NCBI GenBank assembly: GCA_001275005.1
Contig: JWZX01003212.1
Location: 1 to 50,359 of the forward strand
Direction: 5' to 3'
DNA: 50,359 bases
Source of the DNA: Chrysochromulina tobinii
Taxonomy: Eukaryota
The position numbers and the translations under genes were made by a program. Shown here piece by piece: positions 30,232 through 40,649 of this stretch. The notes beneath the pieces are model-generated. The model was not told where the DNA came from and did no database searches. It saw nothing but the letters and a program-made list of their open reading frames with translations. The stretch's first letter is position 1; each line of letters starts with the position of its first letter.

Positions 30232-31394
30232 TCATTCCGTGGCCAAATTCAAGACGCGAGTAGCACATCTGGATTCGTAGCGCAACCGCTCCATGCGTTT
30301 GAGCGCAGCCTCGAAAGTAACCAGAAGATGTTGTTGGTGCTGTAATGCATGTTTCTTCTCGCACGTCCCCCATTTGTGGCAAGATGGGTTAAAGAACCAA
30401 TCGTGCCTTTCGATCAGAGTAAGGTCTTATCCTGCAAACGATTTCAACCGCGTCGGGCAGTGTCGAGAACTCAGCGCCCTCGATATCCATCTTCATCACC
30501 ACACGGCGCGTGCTGTGCACTCCGACGTGCATCGCGAGCAGCCAAGTCAAATTGACGGTCGGTACTCTTGCCGTGGCTGTGTTGGTCATCCCAGTGCTGT
30601 AGTTGAGGAAACTGGACCCCCATTCATGAAATTTGGCGGCGTTATCACTCCAAAAGTCAGCCTCACCATTGCTAGACGCAATGGCCGCGTGAAAAAAGTG
30701 AACGCGTCGAAGCGACTGACGATGTAGTCTGCGCTCGATAGCATGCAAGCGCTCGTAATGAGCGGGGTTAGGCTCAAAGCCCCACGCACATATTTCGCCT
30801 GCCTGGCGGGTGATGCCATATACTCCCAAAGCGTTGTTCAACTCACCATTGAGCGACCTGTTTGAAAACAGAGCTGTGATCCAGTTCCCAATGTTCGAGC
30901 CAAGGTCGAGGTACGTCGTCTGACACCCAGCGAGAGCGTGCACGTCAAGTAATGGCCGAAGATTGACCGACTGAGCCCAAGACCCCGGCACTTGTTTGAA
31001 CTCGTTGGTATAATCGTAGCTGGTGGTTGTTGATGACGGCTTTTGCGGCCAACGCCGTGGGCTTGGCTCCTTGATGTAGTGTGTCTTGAATGTGTTGCTG
31101 ATCATTCTCATGTCGTCGCCCGGGTCCAGTTGCTTCAAAGCCTGCAGATCGCATTGACGGAACCAACTACAATCACCAGAGGCAGCCGAGAATGAAATGA
31201 AGCTGCATCCCGAGCATGCGGAACATTGTTGGCAGCACGCGTCCTCGGACCGCACTTGCCAATGCGCCAGCTTCATCCTCATCGCATGCGCTTCCCACTA
31301 TAGTTACAGCGCAGAATCCGGTGGCTGTTACTTCGGCGGCCGCAGCCGATGCATTTGCCCAAGCTGCTGCTACTATTGACCAGGCTAATGGCAT
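30232..31394 (-). pseudogene. Disrupted secreted FkbM-family methyltransferase with N-terminal Cys-rich (PAN/apple-like) module
   Basis: Motifs YLDLGSNIG, WGFEPNP and VVMKMDIEGAEF. The signal peptide and GFCAVT..C start are in a different frame (shift at ~31261). A second shift at ~30427 restores IDLTLIERHDWFF. Assembly error cannot be excluded. Confidence 0.65.
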
Positions 31395-31968
31395 CGATCT
31401 CCCAAGCTCCGCCCGGCCGGAGCCCGGACTCGGCGCGGAGAGCGTGGAGACGCGCGGGAATCGCGCGGGCAGTTCTCACAATTCTCGGGGGAGTTCGTAA
31501 AACACCGCCCAATTCTCAGCATGAACCATGATCACCACGGGGCGTCCGTGAAAAACGACGAGACGCTTTCGCTAATCGCACGCGGCACGCGGCGTATACG
31601 CGAATGACGTTCCGTGCGGTAATCGGTATCCGTCGCGGACACACCTCGCGCGGCGCCGCCGGTAACGGAGATCTCACTGCTCCGCGGGTCCGTGCGCGCT
31701 GCGCTGCCGCATGCACCCAATGCATGCACCTCACGTAACGTGCCCCTAACACGCACAGACGCCCACGGCCACTCAGCACGCACGCACACGCGCGAGCACG
31801 TCACACGTCGCCACACTACGCCAGACACGTCAGCACGACGCACCGAAAACACAACCCGCAAACTGTACTCTCGAGATGGACACACGTATGCACATCGCAC
31901 GCGCATGCTAAGCGTTAGTATCACGGTGGTGGCCTCACCGAAATTGCCCACAGAGCCCGCGCCAGCCC

Positions 31969-33246
31969 TCAGTTGGCAGCCTTCATGATGCTGGCAGAGA
32001 ACTCGTCGTAGTTGATGATGCCGTCGCCGCTCGAGTCGACCTCGTCAAGCAGTGTCTCCACCACCTTGACGTCGAGGTCGCCTCGCTGCAGCCCTGTGTA
32101 GAAGGCGAAGTATTTCATCAGGTTGAAGTCTTGCAGCATCTTCTTGATCTCCTCGCGTGAGAGCACGCCGTCGCCCGAGTCGTCAATGTCCTTGAGAGCC
32201 GCACGCACGGTGCTGTGCTTCTTCATGAGCCGCTCGCAGATGAGCCTCTTGGCGAAGTTGACTTCGCCCACTCGCGCGCCACGCTTGCCCGTGGGCTTGT
32301 CCTCCTCCCTCTGTTTCACCGCCTGCTTCGCCCGCATGCCCTCGAGCGCCGCTGTCGTGTTCGACGATTGGATGAAGCCGCCCACGTCGAATCGAGAGTC
32401 GCTCGCAGTCTGCGCCTCGAACGCTTTGATGTCAGCCTGGTTCTTGTCGTACAGAGCCTGCTGCTCCGCGCTGAGCTTGCCGCGCAGCTGGATGTCGTAC
32501 TTCCCGCCGTCGGACATCTTCTGCACCGCGTACGCGAATGGCATCCACAGAATGAGCGGCTCTGGCTGACCGAAGCCCTGCACGTCCGTGCCCTGGCTGC
32601 CGTGCGCGGCGTCCAGTCGCATGTGCTTCTTGACGAGGGCGTCAAACTCGGCGCTTGTCATCGCGAGGCGCGTCCACTGGTCGCCCATGGCGTAGCAAAT
32701 GGCGCGGCGGAAGGTCGGCACGTCCAAGAAGGAACGGTTGCGGATGGGCATCCTAGAGTACTGCGGCCGCTTGAGAAAGTCGTCCATCAGATCGACGATG
32801 CTGAGGCTGCGCTCGCGCAAGATCATCGAGATGCGCTCCTCGATGGGCAACGAGTTGGCGGGGTGGCGCGGCGACTGCCCGAGCATGTCGCCCGGCAGGT
32901 TCTTTTCGTTCAACCGGATCACCTGAACCGCTGGGTGGCTCTCTGGCAGCTTCTCTCCTGGGAACTTCGTCGCGTGCCCGTGCGTGAGCAGGTCGGCCAT
33001 GTCAAAGGTGGCGCCCGTCCTCGCAGCTGTCCGATGGTGGGCGATGGTCGAGTCGTTGCGTAGGTCCTGGTTATTGGCATCCTCATTTCCAAAGTCATAT
33101 TTGAAGGCTGCACGCCCTTCAGATGGCGACGATGCCGCCACCTTGGCCAGGTACGCGCCCGCGCGTGCGCCCGACCCGGGCGTTGGAACGTAGCCGACGG
33201 CACCTGCCTTGGGTGGCGATGGAGCCCCTTGCATGCGAGGTGGCAT
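31969..33246 (-). CDS. Protein with two C-terminal EF-hands
   Basis: DIDDSGDGVLSREE and EVDSSGDGIINYDEF; start set at ATG 33246. Confidence 0.85.
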   Translation of the reverse strand: MPPRMQGAPSPPKAGAVGYVPTPGSGARAGAYLAKVAASSPSEGRAAFKYDFGNEDANNQDLRNDSTIAHHRTAARTGATFDMADLLTHGHATKFPGEKLPESHPAVQVIRLNEKNLPGDMLGQSPRHPANSLPIEERISMILRERSLSIVDLMDDFLKRPQYSRMPIRNRSFLDVPTFRRAICYAMGDQWTRLAMTSAEFDALVKKHMRLDAAHGSQGTDVQGFGQPEPLILWMPFAYAVQKMSDGGKYDIQLRGKLSAEQQALYDKNQADIKAFEAQTASDSRFDVGGFIQSSNTTAALEGMRAKQAVKQREEDKPTGKRGARVGEVNFAKRLICERLMKKHSTVRAALKDIDDSGDGVLSREEIKKMLQDFNLMKYFAFYTGLQRGDLDVKVVETLLDEVDSSGDGIINYDEFSASIMKAAN

Positions 33247-33543
33247 GGCGGCCGACACAGCAGCCGAAGGCACCCAGCGTGTCCCAGCGTCTTGCGGAAG
33301 GGTGATCGGCCTCGCAAAAGAGCCGCGTTTCGCCTCACAAACTTGAAGTTTTTTGGATGTTTGGATTTGTCTTGCCAAAAGAAGAATTATGGCCCTCGCC
33401 GACGCGACTCATCTCCAAAGTTTGCATCCTGTAGGCTCGAAATTGGGCAAAAGTGGCGCGAGACGAATTCTTCACTCTGTGAGTATGAAACTGCCAATTC
33501 TCAGGCTGCGCTTTTCCTGCAGCCGCCCACATATCTTTCCGTC

Positions 33544-34684
33544 ATGGCCTCTGGCTCCTACTCTTATCGCGCGGGATGGTCCACCACTTTAGCGCCTTCG
33601 CTGAAAGACCTGCGTTCATCCGCTGCGCAGGCCGCCGTTGGCCTCAACGCCGATCTGCTCGCAATCGCTGAACACTTGGACGTGGTCGACGTGACCAGCA
33701 ACACGCCTGTGGCTTTGAATAGCAACGGGGGCGACGAGTTGCTAAAGACGGCCTTGGCGTCCGCCATGCGGCGCAGCTTTGAAACGCTCGATACTGCCCG
33801 CGAGGGGATGCAGGAGGCGGCAGCCGAGTATCGGAGAAGCCTCGCTTCCGCGTCAGATGAGGAGAATCCATTCGAAAAAACCTCAGCGGCGGCGGCGGCG
33901 GCAGACGCAAGAGAAGAGGCGGCCCGAGCGGCGGACGCAGCCAAAGCAGCGGAGGCGGCCAAAGCAGCGGAGGCGGCGGCGGAGGCCAGCCGCCGCCGAA
34001 GCTGCCGCTAGGCAGCGGGCAAAGACGCCTCAGGAGCTCGCGGCGGAGGCGCAGCAGGAGGCGGCGCGGCAGAAGCTCGAGGCGGCGCAGAAGATCCTGC
34101 GTGAAGCGCAGGAGCGCCTGCTGGCAATCGAGAAGAAGAAGGCCGACTTATCGAATCGCCGCGCGACGGTCTCCGACGCAGAGTACGAGCGCATCCAATT
34201 TCTGCTCCTCGAGCGCGCTAAGGTGGCCGCTGCCGAGCAAGCGCAGCGCGAGGCGCAGCGCGAGGCCGAGGAGGCGAGTGAGAAAGAGGCGCGAGAGCTC
34301 GCGCAGCACGAGCGCGAGCAAATCTCGGGCAACCTCACCAGACGCGGCGGGAAGTCTTTTCGCGCCAAGGGCAAAAAGGCCTCGATCAGCAGCAGTACCG
34401 AACCCAAGAAGGACGGCAGTACCGAACCCAAGAAGGACGGGAACCGATTGATTGGGCTGATCAGCACCCGCGGCATGGGCAGCCGAAAGACTCTCGTCAA
34501 CCCAAACGTTGGCCTCCACGTGGACGAGCAGGACGGGCTGCTGCCGGGCCTCCACTCCGAGAAGCCAGCCGATGAAGGGAGGAGCAAACCCAAAGGGAAA
34601 GGGATTCTGGCCGGACTCGTGTCCACTAGGGGCGGGCCGGCGGCGGCGGCGCGGGGGCGTGACATGGAGCCGCTCGAGGCGTAG
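33544..34684 (+). CDS. Hypothetical coiled-coil protein with one frameshift near 33988
   Basis: The Ala/Glu-rich helix continues from the frame of ORF 33229-34011 into the frame of ORF 33779-34684 at GCC-A-GCC, where neighbouring repeats read GCC-AAA-GCA. Confidence 0.65.
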
Positions 34685-35036
34685 CGCGCCGCGCGCGCCG
34701 CGCCCATCCCCTAAGAGCGTGCGTGCGTTTTCATATGTAGAGATCTCTGTGCGTGCATGACAGCCTGCATCCACTCAGCCGGAAGAGCAGGGAAGAAGAG
34801 GGTCCACTGTCCCCGGTCAGATCATGTGAGATCCGCTTGTCATCTTTGACCGCGCTAGATCAGGCCCTATGCGTGGTTTACGTCGAAGTCGCGCGTCGCG
34901 AAGAGTCCTCCTCATATGAGTTCTGAACTCGCGCCGTGATGGCGGTACTTGACAAATCCTCTCGCCCAAGCGCAAAAACCGCAACCAAAAACGGAATTCG
35001 TGGGAGCGGACGCGTCCCTCCAAAGCGGGACCGCAC

Positions 35037-36809
35037 ATGCCCAAGACAGTAGCCTCCCGGAGGAGCGAACAGGTGGCACCAACGGCGGTGGCGAATCCTT
35101 ATGAGCGCCCCAAGGAAGTGGGCACCAGGTGGTCGCAAGAGGAAGATCAGGCCCTGAGGGCGGCCATCGAGCAGCACACGACACCCAAAGGTCCTTCATG
35201 GCCCCTCATCGCCCAAACGCTAGGGCAGCTGGGCTTCGATCGGACCGTTGCGATGTGCCGCAACCGTCTCAGCCGAATGAACGCAGACACCTCGAGTTCG
35301 ACGCGCGTCTGCAGCCTGTGCGGCTTCTCGCCCATCAAGGGCCACACGTGCACGGGTGGGCCGGACATCGCACGCCCCTCCGAAGCCACGTCGATGGGCC
35401 CAAGCTTGGTGATCACCAAGTTGCTGGCGCACTCGGAGAAGAGCAGTGTCGTCGGCGACCTCGACCATGTCATCATCTACCAGCGCATCTGCCCCCTCGA
35501 GGCGTGCGTACGCGGCGCTGGCGACGTGCCGGAGGTCGCACTGCGCGTGTCGCTCATCTTCGCCGACGACGGCGAGCCCGTGCCGGAGAGCGACGCGGAC
35601 AATAGCCCCCTCATTGCGGCGGGTGCGGATGCGATGATCAGCCCCCGCTCGGGCATCGCCGCCTTCCCCCGCTTTCGCCTCGGAAAGGCAGTGGTGTTAG
35701 TACCAGATCATAAGCGCCGCCGCTTCCGTCTGCGCTTGGCGCCGCGCGACGAGGGGATGCGGAAGGAGCTGCCCTGGCTGTGCGCCGACTCGGAGCCGTT
35801 CCAAGTGAAGGCCATAGCCCGCCACTACCGCGGCACGAGCGTCCTCCCCACGGCCAACTCCGTGGCCACCCATCCACCGACCTCGGCCGTCTCGTCAGTT
35901 GCTGCCGTCTCGTCAGTTGTGCAACTGTGGGAGGCAGCCGACGAGTTCAAATGGTGGGCGGCGCCGCCGCCGCTCGAAGCGCAGCTGCCGCCTCTCAGGA
36001 CGACGACGCTGCCACCGCCGCACGCGCGCCTCTCTGCGCTAGGGTACAACCTCTCTCCGTGCAAACTGCCGAAGCTGCAGCTGCACACCACCGGATTGTG
36101 GTACAACCTCTCTCCGTGCAAGCTGGATCATGCGACGCCGCCACTAGGGGCTCAGCCACTGAAGATCGCGCGCGGGCCGCCACTAACGCTTGCGGATGCG
36201 GGCCAGCGGCTGCTGTGCATCGAGCGGTCGCTGACGTGCAGGAAGGGCGGTGCACCCAAGGCCGAGCCCGAGGGCGGCATGCCGGCGCCCATCTCGGCGC
36301 CCGACGGTTTCGTCACATCGACGCCCATCTCGGCGCCCGAGGGCGTCGTGCCGGCGCATGGTGCGAGAGGGACATCCATGCCGGCTGCTCACGACGGCGC
36401 TCCGAAGGCGGCGCGCGGGCCCTCTGTCGCGAAAGAGGAGGACGACGAGGAGGACGAGGGGAGTGCCGACGAGAGTGTGTGCGTGGGTGGTGCGTGCGAG
36501 GGTGGTGTGTGCGATCGGGACGATGCGGACGAGGCCGAAGCCGACCCTATGAGCACCGATGCCGAAGACGACGCCGACGACGACGAGCAGGTGGACGTGG
36601 TGGACTTCGACTTCGACTCCGACGCTTTTGACCTCGACCTCGACACCGACGCCAAGGGCAGCGTGTGCCGCTCGTCGTCGCCCTCGCAGTGCGGCGAGCC
36701 ATCCGACGGTGCGGTCGCGGAGGAGGGCATGAGCCCACCCTCGAGCCAGGACAGCAGCTTCGATTGGCTCCCGACTGGCTCCCAGGTCGAAGAATTACTC
36801 GACTGTTGA
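35037..36809 (+). CDS. Myb/SANT-domain protein with CxxC..HxC motif and acidic tail
   Basis: RWSQEEDQALRAAIEQH..SWPLIAQTL..RTVAMCRNRL followed by CSLCGFSPIKGHTC. Confidence 0.82.
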   Translation: MPKTVASRRSEQVAPTAVANPYERPKEVGTRWSQEEDQALRAAIEQHTTPKGPSWPLIAQTLGQLGFDRTVAMCRNRLSRMNADTSSSTRVCSLCGFSPIKGHTCTGGPDIARPSEATSMGPSLVITKLLAHSEKSSVVGDLDHVIIYQRICPLEACVRGAGDVPEVALRVSLIFADDGEPVPESDADNSPLIAAGADAMISPRSGIAAFPRFRLGKAVVLVPDHKRRRFRLRLAPRDEGMRKELPWLCADSEPFQVKAIARHYRGTSVLPTANSVATHPPTSAVSSVAAVSSVVQLWEAADEFKWWAAPPPLEAQLPPLRTTTLPPPHARLSALGYNLSPCKLPKLQLHTTGLWYNLSPCKLDHATPPLGAQPLKIARGPPLTLADAGQRLLCIERSLTCRKGGAPKAEPEGGMPAPISAPDGFVTSTPISAPEGVVPAHGARGTSMPAAHDGAPKAARGPSVAKEEDDEEDEGSADESVCVGGACEGGVCDRDDADEAEADPMSTDAEDDADDDEQVDVVDFDFDSDAFDLDLDTDAKGSVCRSSSPSQCGEPSDGAVAEEGMSPPSSQDSSFDWLPTGSQVEELLDC

Positions 36810-37062
36810 GAAGGCAACGCTCTAGCAACGCTCGGGTCGAGAGTTAAGAATGGAGTGCCGATGGGGGCAGTTTGTGGGGCGTCTCGCCAGTCTCCAGTCT
36901 GGGCACTGGGGAGCTCGGCGAGATGGGTTTGAGGTCCAGATCACCCGCGAGACGGATGGGTTCGAGCGATCGGGATCGCGAGGTACCTTGAGACGTTACA
37001 CTTTTACGATAGATACACGGGCGTCGGGTACGCGAGGTATAGCATGGCAATTTACGCGCGTA

Positions 37063-40000
37063 CTACGACAGTTGCTCACAGCTCAACACCTCATTGCTCG
37101 CGAGTTCGATGCTAAAGGGCCCCGTCTGGCCGGCCCCAAAGGTAGAAGGCACGAGCACGAGCGTGACGGGTCGAGGCTCGTGCAGCTCGAGCGCACAGCT
37201 CGCCTCGAGCGTGGGCGCGAAGCAGGTCTCGTGCACGAGGCGAGCGTGCGACTTGCTGCGTAGAGGCACGCGGCGCGCAGCACCGGGCGGACTGGCACCG
37301 GCACCGGTGCTCGGGCCGCGAAGCAAGTAGAAGCCTACCATGCTGTCCACCGGTTTGTCAAGCATCGGAAGGGTCCACTCAGCCTCGGGGCGCCGCAGCA
37401 CGATGTGCAGGCTCGCGGCGGCGCCCCGAGCGCCAGCCGCGCCGGCAACGCCGACGGTGATGGCGTATTGCGGATTGGTGCCCCACGTCTCTTCCAAATG
37501 ACAGCCGCCCGCGTTCGGCGCGCCGCCACCCGCATGGCTGCCGCGGCTGGCGCGGCTGGCGCGGCTGCTCCCGGAGGCCACTGACGAGGTCGAGTCCGCC
37601 TTGAGGCGCGCGGGGGCGGGGCCCATCCCCGATTGAGCGGCCGATTCGGACGGCCGGGGGCCACCGGGGGGGAGCGGCTTGCCATGCCAACTGCCCTTGA
37701 TGGTCAGGGAGTACGCCTCGTGCGCGAGCGGCACGCACGAGACAGGGGTGTCCGAGAGTACAGTGAGACGGAAGCGGCCGGGCTGACCAGGCTCAAGCGT
37801 GGACGGTACGAGGACCCGTGGCACAGTCGCTCGGAGCGCTATCAGGCCACTCGCGAGGCTCTCGGACACGTACCTGTGGGGACGCGGCGCCGTGGTGAGC
37901 ACGTGCATGCAAGGCAGGGCATCAGGTGGCCATCAAGATACCGGGCGGCGCCGTGGTGAGCACGTGCATGCGAGGCAGGTCATCAGGTGGCAATCACGAG
38001 ACCACTCGCGAGGCTTTCCGCTCATGTACCCAATGGACGCCTCGAGAGTGTCGGCCGACGCTGTCAGCATGCCACGCAAACTCCGAGCCGCCGCGTGCGC
38101 AGCGGCGATCGCCTCCGGGGTGGCGTGCGCGGCAGGCGGCCACACTTCTCGCGGCATCGGCGACAGTCCTCGTGGATTGAGGCCTACGCGGGCCACCGAT
38201 GCCGAACAACTCGAGCTCCTCGTCGGTCTTGGAGAGCGAAGGATGCGAGAGCACTGGCAGCAGCTGCCCCGACGCACCGCGCACGTTACCGCTCAGCCCA
38301 GCCAACACCACCACGCCGCCGGCGCCGCCGGCGCCGCCGCTAGGGGCAGCTGCGGCGCGTAGCACCTGCACCCCAATGGCTCGGGCGCGTTCGAATGGAG
38401 CTGCCAGGTCGTCCAGCATCACCACGTCGTCTTTCGCCTCCTCCGGCGCCTCCTCATTCGTCGCGGCCGGTGCCTCCGCACTAGAATGTGCCCAACACGG
38501 CGCGCTCGAAGGTGCGCCGTCAGCAGCTGCCGCGACGGAGGCCGCCTCCACCGTGGCGCGCGTCGGTGAGGCGCCCGGGCGCTCGACGAGTCGTTCTAGC
38601 ACTACGATCGCCCGCCCGTCGACTGCCGCCCCTAGGCCGTATTGCGGGTTGACCGCCCGCGAGACCGACGGCCAGCTGCCGCCATCAGAGCGCCGCGCGG
38701 CGGCCGAGTCTGCCGCCATCTGAGTGTCTGCCGCGGCGCTGGGCCCCACGCCCCGCCAGCATCCGATGAGGCTCGTGCGGTGGAGCGGCGCGATCGGCGT
38801 GAGCGTGACTGGAGCGTCACTCCATAACCGAAGGAAGAAACCGCCGCCGACCGCTACCTCCGCGGTGCTCGCAACCGCCGCCGCCGCCGCCGACGCTGCC
38901 GCCGACGCATCACCCGTGCCCTCTGCGCGTGAGGTGCCCATCTCGGCGCCCAATACGGCGCCCATCTCGGCGCCCGTCGGCTTCGTCACTTCGGCGTACC
39001 ACCACGGCACGAGCACAAAGCTCGCGGCCTCGGGAGCGAGCCAGCGCACGCTCACGTCACGGCTGAGCTGCGGGCCGGCTTGGGCCGCAAGCTGCTCCGC
39101 GTCCAGCGTCCACACGCGCGCGCCCGTGCCGCCTCCGCTTGTATTCGATGAGTTCCTGCCGGCATGCAGGACACTCAGAGCGAGCACGCGGGGTTTGCGC
39201 CCTGCCTGGCCGAGGCTCGCGAAGATCAGTGCCTTGCCCTTACAGCTCAGCTGCCACTGCGGGTTGGTGCACCAGGTGGGGGCGGTGGGCACGCCGCCCG
39301 AAAGTGTCGGCACGCGCAGCCGGTGCTGCAGCCAGCAGCTCGCCTCCAAGCCGCTCAGCACGGCGTCCTCATGGGCGGCCGGATGGAGCAAGGGCCTTGG
39401 AGGTGCCTCGGGCAGCGTGCGGCACAGAAGGACCTTGTCGAAGAGCTTGAGGAAGATTTCGAGGCGAACCCACGCGTCGCCCGCATCCACCTCGCCCACG
39501 TCCTCGTCCGCGCCGCGCGCCGCCGCCCCATCGCCACCGCCCGATTTGACTGCGGCCGTGTCACGGATGAGGATCGAGAGGCCAGCCGCCTGATTGCTCA
39601 CCTCGAGGATGGCGTACGCGTGATTGGCCGGGATGTGCGGCGCGTCGTCGGGCTCGCCCTTGGCGCGCCCGCGCCGCGTGCAGCACATGAGCGCACGCTG
39701 CTCGTACGCCTTCTTGAGCGACGTGCCCAGAAGCGACTGCGCCTCGGCGCCTTCGTCTGTCAGTCGGAGTTGCTCGCACACGCCGCCAGTCAGGTCGACG
39801 AGAGCCTCTATGCTCCGCCCACCCTCGAGCGCGGCGTACGAGCCGTGCAGCTTGGCAAAGGCCTTCTCCACCAGCGCCGCCCAGCCAGCGCCGCTCGTGC
39901 CGCAAAAGAGCGGCCTGCCAGAGGCGTCACACGGTAGCAACGTGTCGATCACCACCTCCCGCCACCAGCCGTTCGGGCACAGGCGGACGCGAACGCGGCC

Positions 40001-40288
40001 TGCTGCCCAATCTTCGGCGGTCGTGAGTGCAAACATCCCGCGCACGATCGCCGGTTGCCGCGCAGCGAGCGCCGCCAGCGAGCTGAGCAGCCAGCAATCG
40101 CCGAGCGTGCTGCCTTGCTGTACGACCGTGCCCACTGGAGTGCCAGCCGGCAGAGGCACCAGCTCGTTTGGCCACAATTCGGTAAAGCGGCGCCACTGTG
40201 CGGGCTCACTGCTATATGCAGTGTCGGACGAACCGGCTACCGAGGTCATGGACGCCGGATAGTCGAGGTCAGTGAATAGGTCCGCCAT
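37063..40288 (-). CDS. Calpain-family cysteine protease (CysPc plus several domain-III repeats)
   Basis: QQGSTLGDCWLLS, LVEKAFAKLHGSYAALEGG..LVDLTGG, NHAYAIL, three NPQ(W/Y) motifs and LVPST..G..G.F. Intron 37874-38029. An unresolved frameshift or extra intron lies near 38185-38290. Confidence 0.88.
37874..38029 (-). other. GT-AG intron (156 nt), exon-duplicating family, with two tandem copies of module A
   Basis: Starts GTACATGAGCGGAAAGCCTCGCGAGTGGTCT versus exon GTACGTGTCCGAGAGCCTCGCGAGTGGCCT. GCATGCACGTGCTCACCACGGCGCC occurs twice at 61-nt period. Ends TCCCCACAG; phase 2 on both sides. Confidence 0.85.
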
Positions 40289-40649
40289 GATGGCGTTGTG
40301 GCGGGCGTCAATTCCGTCGACGTTCGGCGACTGTTCGGTTTCAGGGTTTCGCGCTCGTGGGGCCGTGCGTGCGCTGGAGGCGAGCGGGGGCGCCGTCGGT
40401 CGTTTGGGGTTATAAATTCAGGTAATGTCTGAACCGCGCAACCACCGGCACCGGCGAGTGCGCCCTGGCGCACGCCTCTTGCTCTTGGACCAAATGTTCC
40501 ACGTGACCCAGTGTTCAGACCGTGTTGTGGTTGTGTCCGGCCCAGCACAAGCCGGCGCCCAGCAAGCAGCTAGAGCCCGCGCGCCGGCATTTCACGGCCA
40601 GTGGCGGCGAGGAGACACGTCTGGCGCGCTGTGACGGGCAGAGCAGTGC

